DNA from: a virus
Lineage: Duplodnaviria; Caudoviricetes
Length of the DNA stretch: 41,072 nt
IMG/VR virus record: IMGVR_UViG_3300022930_000012
Location: 1-41,072 of that record
Reading direction: 5' to 3' (one strand)
The translations under genes were made by a program, and so were the position numbers. Below, piece after piece: positions 36,297 through 41,072 of this stretch. The notes under the pieces are model-generated. The model was not told where the DNA came from and made no database searches. It worked only from the letters and a program-made list of their open reading frames with translations. Positions within the stretch are counted from its first letter, which is position 1. The number at the start of each line of letters is the position of its first letter.

Positions 36297-37096
36297 AAAT
36301 ATTTTGCAAAGAATTAAATCAGGAGTTCGATTCTAAAACAGAAATGTTTAAAGAGTTAGTTAAAAATGAATCTAAGATAGTTGATTTAAAGAAAGCTACT
36401 ATCAAAGAGAGTGATTCTGTATCTACTTTTTTTGCATTAAAAGAATCGGCTTATAAAGGATTAGATTTTGTAAAAGAAGGGTTTTACTATCCAGTAATAA
36501 ATACGACTAATTTCTTAGATTCTCATGATGATGTGCATTTTCCTAATATTTGGAATCGTTCATTAAAAGATAAAGCAAATAAGATTTTTTACGTATTAGA
36601 ACACCGTTTATCTATTGATAATGTTATTGCTTTCCCTAATGATGTTAATGCATTTGTAAAAACGGTTTCATGGAATGATTTAGGATTTAATTATCCAGGA
36701 GAAACACAAGCTTTGATTTATGAAATAGGTAAGGATAAAATAAAAATACCTAAAATTAAAGAGTTATTAGAAGAAAAAACAGCTTTTGAAAACTCAGTTA
36801 GGATGCGTTATATTACTATTAAATTAGCAATTAACACAAAAGATCCTGATATGGTTAAATATAAAACACTTTGGGATGAAAGAGCTCCATTAGTAGTAAA
36901 CATCGATAAAAACGAAGAAGATGGGTATTTTTGGGCAATTGACGAAGCAAGCATTGAAAAAGAAGGTAGTTTGTGTTTGTTTGGTTCAAACAGCGCAACA
37001 CCAATAATATACGGAGCCGGAGAATCCACTTCGAATAAATTTGAATTAGAGCCGTCAAACGACACTCAACCGAGAAGAAAAACATTTATTAATTAA
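36293..37096 (+). CDS. Putative prohead maturation protease
   Basis: Between portal and capsid; DSHDDVH, EGSLCLFGSN. Confidence 0.7.
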   Translation: MKIFCKELNQEFDSKTEMFKELVKNESKIVDLKKATIKESDSVSTFFALKESAYKGLDFVKEGFYYPVINTTNFLDSHDDVHFPNIWNRSLKDKANKIFYVLEHRLSIDNVIAFPNDVNAFVKTVSWNDLGFNYPGETQALIYEIGKDKIKIPKIKELLEEKTAFENSVRMRYITIKLAINTKDPDMVKYKTLWDERAPLVVNIDKNEEDGYFWAIDEASIEKEGSLCLFGSNSATPIIYGAGESTSNKFELEPSNDTQPRRKTFIN

Positions 37097-37110
37097 ACAC
37101 ACAAAACATT

Positions 37111-38430
37111 ATGAAGTTTGTTTATAAAACAGATGCCCAATTAGAGGCGATGTCGGCGGCGGAAAGAGACACTTACGCAACCGAAAAAAGAGCACACGAA
37201 GAAGGTTTGCAAAAAGAAGCTATTGCTGAAGCAAACAAGGCATTAAAAGCAGAACTTACAGAAGCTCAGAAAACTGAAATCGCTTCACAAATCGAAACTC
37301 TTAAAGCTGGTTTAGGAATTACTAAAGAGCAATTAGACGAGTTTAAAGAAGATTTGCGTATTATCAAAGAAAACCCTTCTGCAATCAGTGGAAACGGAAC
37401 TTTTGATTTAATGAAATCTATTGAAGAAGGCTTAAAGACTTTGCTTCCAACGATCAAAGAAAAATCTCAAGCGTCAGGAGCTAACGGATTTGAAGTTGAA
37501 TTAACGGTTAAAGCTCCTATCAACATGGCAACTACTGCCGTAACGAACGGAACAGCTACACCTGTTTCTTATGTAGCTCAGGACATATCTCGTTATGCTG
37601 AAGATGTAAGAGCGCAAGAGTACATTTTGAACTATATGTCAATTGGAAACACTTCACGCGCTACTATTGCGTATGTTGATAAATCTCCAACCGAAGGAAC
37701 AATGGCAATTACTGCTGAAGGTGCATTAAAACCGTTGATTTCTATTTCTTATGTAATTAGATATTCTCAGGCACGTAAAATGGCGGGAAGAACTAAAATT
37801 TCAGAAGAAGCTTTAGATGATTTACCTTTCATTATGTCAGCTATTCGTAATGAATTAGCTTATCAACACGCTATTGGAGTTCAAGGGGATATTTTCACTG
37901 TATTATCTGCATTTGCTCCGGCATTCGTAGCGGGTACATTGGCAGCGTCAACTGATACACCAACCAATTATGATGCAATTAGAGCAGCAATCTACGCTGT
38001 TAAAATCGCTTCTAAAGGAAAATATATCCCTAATGCTGTTTTGGTTGCTTCGAGTGATGTTTATGCAATGGGAGCTACTAAAGACACAACTAAACAATAT
38101 GTATTTCCTCCATTCGTTATGCCTGACGGTACAACAATTTCAGGAGTAAGAATTGTTGAGGTTGCAGATGGTGTTTCCGTTCCTGCAGGTACATTTATTG
38201 TAGGTGATTTCAAAAAACTTCACTTAGAGAACTACAAAACATTTACTGTAAGAATTGGTCAAGGTATTCAGGGAAGCGCAACAGCTGCTAATATCATTTC
38301 TGATTTTGAAAGTAACATGTATACTTTGATTGGTGAATCTCGTTACCATTTATGGATTTACGAAAACGAAAAAACAGCATTTATTAAAACAACGTTCGCT
38401 GCAGTTAAAACTGCAATTGCGACAGCTTAA
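37111..38430 (+). CDS. Major capsid protein (HK97 fold, N-terminal scaffold coil)
   Basis: AEGALKP, ISEEALDD, IVGDF motifs. Confidence 0.92.
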   Translation: MKFVYKTDAQLEAMSAAERDTYATEKRAHEEGLQKEAIAEANKALKAELTEAQKTEIASQIETLKAGLGITKEQLDEFKEDLRIIKENPSAISGNGTFDLMKSIEEGLKTLLPTIKEKSQASGANGFEVELTVKAPINMATTAVTNGTATPVSYVAQDISRYAEDVRAQEYILNYMSIGNTSRATIAYVDKSPTEGTMAITAEGALKPLISISYVIRYSQARKMAGRTKISEEALDDLPFIMSAIRNELAYQHAIGVQGDIFTVLSAFAPAFVAGTLAASTDTPTNYDAIRAAIYAVKIASKGKYIPNAVLVASSDVYAMGATKDTTKQYVFPPFVMPDGTTISGVRIVEVADGVSVPAGTFIVGDFKKLHLENYKTFTVRIGQGIQGSATAANIISDFESNMYTLIGESRYHLWIYENEKTAFIKTTFAAVKTAIATA

Positions 38431-38442
38431 TTTATAACTATC

Positions 38443-38727
38443 ATGGCAGACGAAAAAGCGAAAGCAACGAAAGCAGAAATTGTAAAAAGCCAGGCTGATT
38501 ACAAAGGGAATAGTCATTTCGACTTAGTAGAAGTTAAAATAATCAAAGATGGAGATTTTTACAAAGAAGGAGATACTGACAAAGTGCACCCGACTGTAGC
38601 GGCTATTCTAAAGAAAAAAGGTTTAATTGGGGAGTATGAGAATAAAGTTGTAAAACGTGATTCAAGCGCACCTCTTTTAACTGATTTAGAAAGCCAAAAA
38701 GTTCAAGACGGAGATAAAGCACTTTAA
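38443..38727 (+). CDS. Hypothetical head-associated protein
   Basis: Follows capsid gene. Confidence 0.55.
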   Translation: MADEKAKATKAEIVKSQADYKGNSHFDLVEVKIIKDGDFYKEGDTDKVHPTVAAILKKKGLIGEYENKVVKRDSSAPLLTDLESQKVQDGDKAL

Positions 38728-38737
38728 TTAAACAATC

Positions 38738-39406
38738 ATGTATATAATAGACGACACATATTTTCAATCTCCTAAACGAGAAGTTCCAAACTTGGGCGAA
38801 GCTGATAGTAAGTCATTTGCCGAACTACAATTGTTGATTGATGAAAAGTGTCGTTTATTGTTGCTTAATTTCTTAACAGTAGAGCAGTTTCAAGAGTTGG
38901 ATAGTTATTTAGTTAATGGGTTATTTCCAGAAGTTTATCAACCTGATCCTTTATTACCGGATTACGTTCCACAGAAATGGATTGATTTGGTCAAAGGTTG
39001 TGCTTATGAGGTAAATGATGTTCCTTTAAAATGGAATGGATTAACTTATTTATTAGGCACATCAAAACAATCGTTATTGGCTGATTACGTTTATTCGTTT
39101 TGGTTGGAATCACAAGTAAGTTACATGACCGGAGTAGGTGACGCAAAGGGCAATCCAAAAGGAGCTGTTTTAGTCAATCCAACGCAAAGAATAGTTACGG
39201 TTTGGAATGAGTTTGTTTTTCAATATCAAGATTGTCTTTCTTCTTATAGAGGATGTCAGTATGGTAATTATTACAGACCTGGAGGATACTGGATTTACAA
39301 CAATAACAAAGAGGTTTCTTTAATTCAATTCCTTTCAGATAACAACGAAATCTATCCAAACGACAATCGTAAGTTTTTCGAAATCAAAAATCAGTTAGGA
39401 TTATGA
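38738..39406 (+). CDS. Putative head-tail adaptor
   Basis: Synteny. Confidence 0.55.
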   Translation: MYIIDDTYFQSPKREVPNLGEADSKSFAELQLLIDEKCRLLLLNFLTVEQFQELDSYLVNGLFPEVYQPDPLLPDYVPQKWIDLVKGCAYEVNDVPLKWNGLTYLLGTSKQSLLADYVYSFWLESQVSYMTGVGDAKGNPKGAVLVNPTQRIVTVWNEFVFQYQDCLSSYRGCQYGNYYRPGGYWIYNNNKEVSLIQFLSDNNEIYPNDNRKFFEIKNQLGL

Positions 39407-39918
39407 TAATTACCGAAACATTACTAAAAGAAATATTCTCTCAGCTACCGCCTTATAAAGACAGTAACGATAAAGAATTTCCGATACGTTTTGAATGGGG
39501 TAATCAAAATGACCTTATATTGTTTTTGAATAAGATTTCGGGCAATAAATATCCGTTAATTTGGCTTGTTGAAGGTTCTCAGGATGTTGACAGAGTAGCA
39601 CATTTAACCACAAGAAATTGCCGTTTAATCATTGCAAAGGATTGTAAAAGCGCAACTGATAGAAATCCTACTGTTTGGAATACTGAATTTATAACTGCTT
39701 TAAATCCTATATTAAAAAATGTTTTACGTGCCTTGGATAGATCAGGTGTAACGACAATTATCGGAACTCATACTGAAGATAGACGAGCAAATTATACAGA
39801 AGAAGATTTACTTAAATGTACTGATTTTTGGAATGTGATAATTTTAGACGTAAATATTATGTTTAAGGAAAAATCAGATGGAACAGCGCAATGCATTAAC
39901 ACCATTAAATTTACATAA
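39403..39918 (+). CDS. Putative tail terminator protein
   Basis: KYPLIWL motif; upstream of major tail. Confidence 0.55.
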   Translation: MIITETLLKEIFSQLPPYKDSNDKEFPIRFEWGNQNDLILFLNKISGNKYPLIWLVEGSQDVDRVAHLTTRNCRLIIAKDCKSATDRNPTVWNTEFITALNPILKNVLRALDRSGVTTIIGTHTEDRRANYTEEDLLKCTDFWNVIILDVNIMFKEKSDGTAQCINTIKFT

Positions 39919-39919
39919 A

Positions 39920-40090
39920 ATGGCAGAAGATAAAAAAGAAGTTGAGGTTAAACAGCCGAAAACTGAAAAATTCAAAATTAAAAGGGAAGTCGTAATTGAC
40001 AAACCTTATAAATTAGGTAGCGAAATTACGCTGACTAAAGGCAAAGACGACAAATTAAAAGAAACATTAATCTTTAATAAATTCATATAA
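39920..40090 (+). CDS. Small hypothetical virion-module protein
   Basis: ATG 39920 preferred; TAATG coupling. Confidence 0.55.
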   Translation: MAEDKKEVEVKQPKTEKFKIKREVVIDKPYKLGSEITLTKGKDDKLKETLIFNKFI

Positions 40091-40992
40091 TGGCTTTAGA
40101 AGATCAAATTAACAAAGTAGATTGTACAGCGAGCGGAGTATTGGGAACTGGTTTAGCCGGATGCCGAATCGACCGTGACAGAGTAACAGCAATCGGACTT
40201 CTTACGAGAGGTTTTAAATTCGCAGAAGAAATTACGCTTGAATATATGCGTGAACTTCAAACAAACGGAACATTGATTATGCTTCAGGGTGTAATTACTT
40301 TTGTGGATAATACAGCCGAAGATACGGTAATTACCCGTGATGGTTCTGGGATTAAAAAAGTAGCCGGACAGATGCCGTATGAATATGCAGCAACTTTTGA
40401 TAATGGTGTGAACTTTCATAAAGCATTAACATCACTATCTTCTTATGAAGGTTATGATATTGTACTTTTTGACGTAAACAACACATTATGGCTTACTTCT
40501 ACTAAATCAGGAGAGTACAAAGGATTCTCTTTGGGTATGTTCCAAAATGGAAAATACACCGGAGCAAACGGAACGGATTCGGCAAGTCAAACTGTACCAT
40601 TCCAAATTATCAACAGGTTAGAGGTTGATTCTTTGATGTCGTGGGTAACTAACGAGAATTTAGACTTCACTTATGATGAATTGCAAGGAGTAAATGAAGT
40701 ATTGATTACTGTTGACCCAGTATCGGCAGGAACTTTAATAGTAGTTAGTGCATTTCTTTTAGACGGAACGCATCCTGTCGAAGGTTTGTTATTCGGTAAC
40801 TTTACAGCAACTAAAAATGGAGTATCGAGTAATCCAACAGCTGCTACCTATAGCGCAGTAACTAAGAAATACACCCTTACAGTTCCGACTTTGGTCGCTA
40901 CTGATGTAGTTACGGTTTCTTTAAACGGGATCATCCTAACTACATTAGGAACGCTTTACAAATCAAACACATCAACAGCGGTTGTAGTGTAA
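40090..40992 (+). CDS. Major tail (tube) protein with Ig-like C-terminal domain (allele B)
   Basis: 300 aa, followed by strong terminator, upstream of chaperone and tape measure on the circular map; Thr/Val-rich C-terminus. Confidence 0.8.
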   Translation: MALEDQINKVDCTASGVLGTGLAGCRIDRDRVTAIGLLTRGFKFAEEITLEYMRELQTNGTLIMLQGVITFVDNTAEDTVITRDGSGIKKVAGQMPYEYAATFDNGVNFHKALTSLSSYEGYDIVLFDVNNTLWLTSTKSGEYKGFSLGMFQNGKYTGANGTDSASQTVPFQIINRLEVDSLMSWVTNENLDFTYDELQGVNEVLITVDPVSAGTLIVVSAFLLDGTHPVEGLLFGNFTATKNGVSSNPTAATYSAVTKKYTLTVPTLVATDVVTVSLNGIILTTLGTLYKSNTSTAVVV

Positions 40993-41072
40993 TATTGTAA
41001 ATGTATAATTGTAAAAGCCGTTGCGTTATGTAACGGCTTTTTTTGTATTTTTACATCATGGCAATCAGGGTT
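40415..41072 (+). repeat. Terminal direct repeat, copy 2
   Basis: Matches 1..657. Confidence 0.95.
41013..41044 (+). terminator. Rho-independent terminator (identical to 598-629)
   Basis: Same hairpin. Confidence 0.85.

Larger units (their letters stand above)
1..41072 (+). mobile_element. Near-complete tailed phage genome (siphovirus-like, Bacteroidota host), about 40,414 bp as a circle
   Basis: Full head, tail, lysis and replication gene set, all co-oriented; positions 1-127 recur exactly at 40415-40541. Confidence 0.95.

Noticed and set aside
1472-40419. Minus-strand ORFs in the track (e.g. 1472, 2024, 3623, 13885, 19523, 32696, 36808, 40153)
   Set aside because: Antisense shadows of better-supported + strand genes, with no recognisable motifs
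1-41072. Stop-codon reassignment
   Set aside because: Long genes are intact under the standard code and no suppressor tRNA is present

Overview
The window looks like an essentially complete, circularly permuted genome of about 40.4 kb from an AT-rich siphovirus-type phage. The host is probably a Bacteroidota member, likely Flavobacteriaceae, judging from recurrent TAnnTTTG promoters, A-rich leaders without Shine-Dalgarno sequences and a DUF3127 SSB. All credible genes lie on the + strand. Gene order: 3' part of the major tail protein, tail chaperone, tape measure, tail hub; an accessory island with a tRNA-CAT; tail fibres and a LamG protein; a lysis cassette (three membrane proteins, GH19 endolysin, u-spanin); early genes (putative SSAP, YqaJ exonuclease, SSB); a replication module (primase-helicase, TTTAAA-iteron origin candidate, GIY-YIG-like protein, SF2 helicase, VRR-NUC); then terminase, portal, protease, capsid, neck and major tail protein. 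I recognised no integrase, DNA polymerase or methyltransferase. Most striking observations: (1) GGCC is almost absent from about 38 kb (2 sites by eye) but occurs about 24 times in the 3.2 kb replication module; (2) a promoter- and terminator-bounded sRNA candidate after the lysis genes is complementary to translation-initiation regions; (3) a leader has a terminator loop exactly complementary to its own 5' end; (4) a tail-collar-like protein carries a Sec-type signal peptide; (5) the two contig ends carry diverged alleles of the major tail protein 3' half after an exact 127-bp overlap. All product calls come from motif recognition and synteny, not database searches, and all counts were done by eye.
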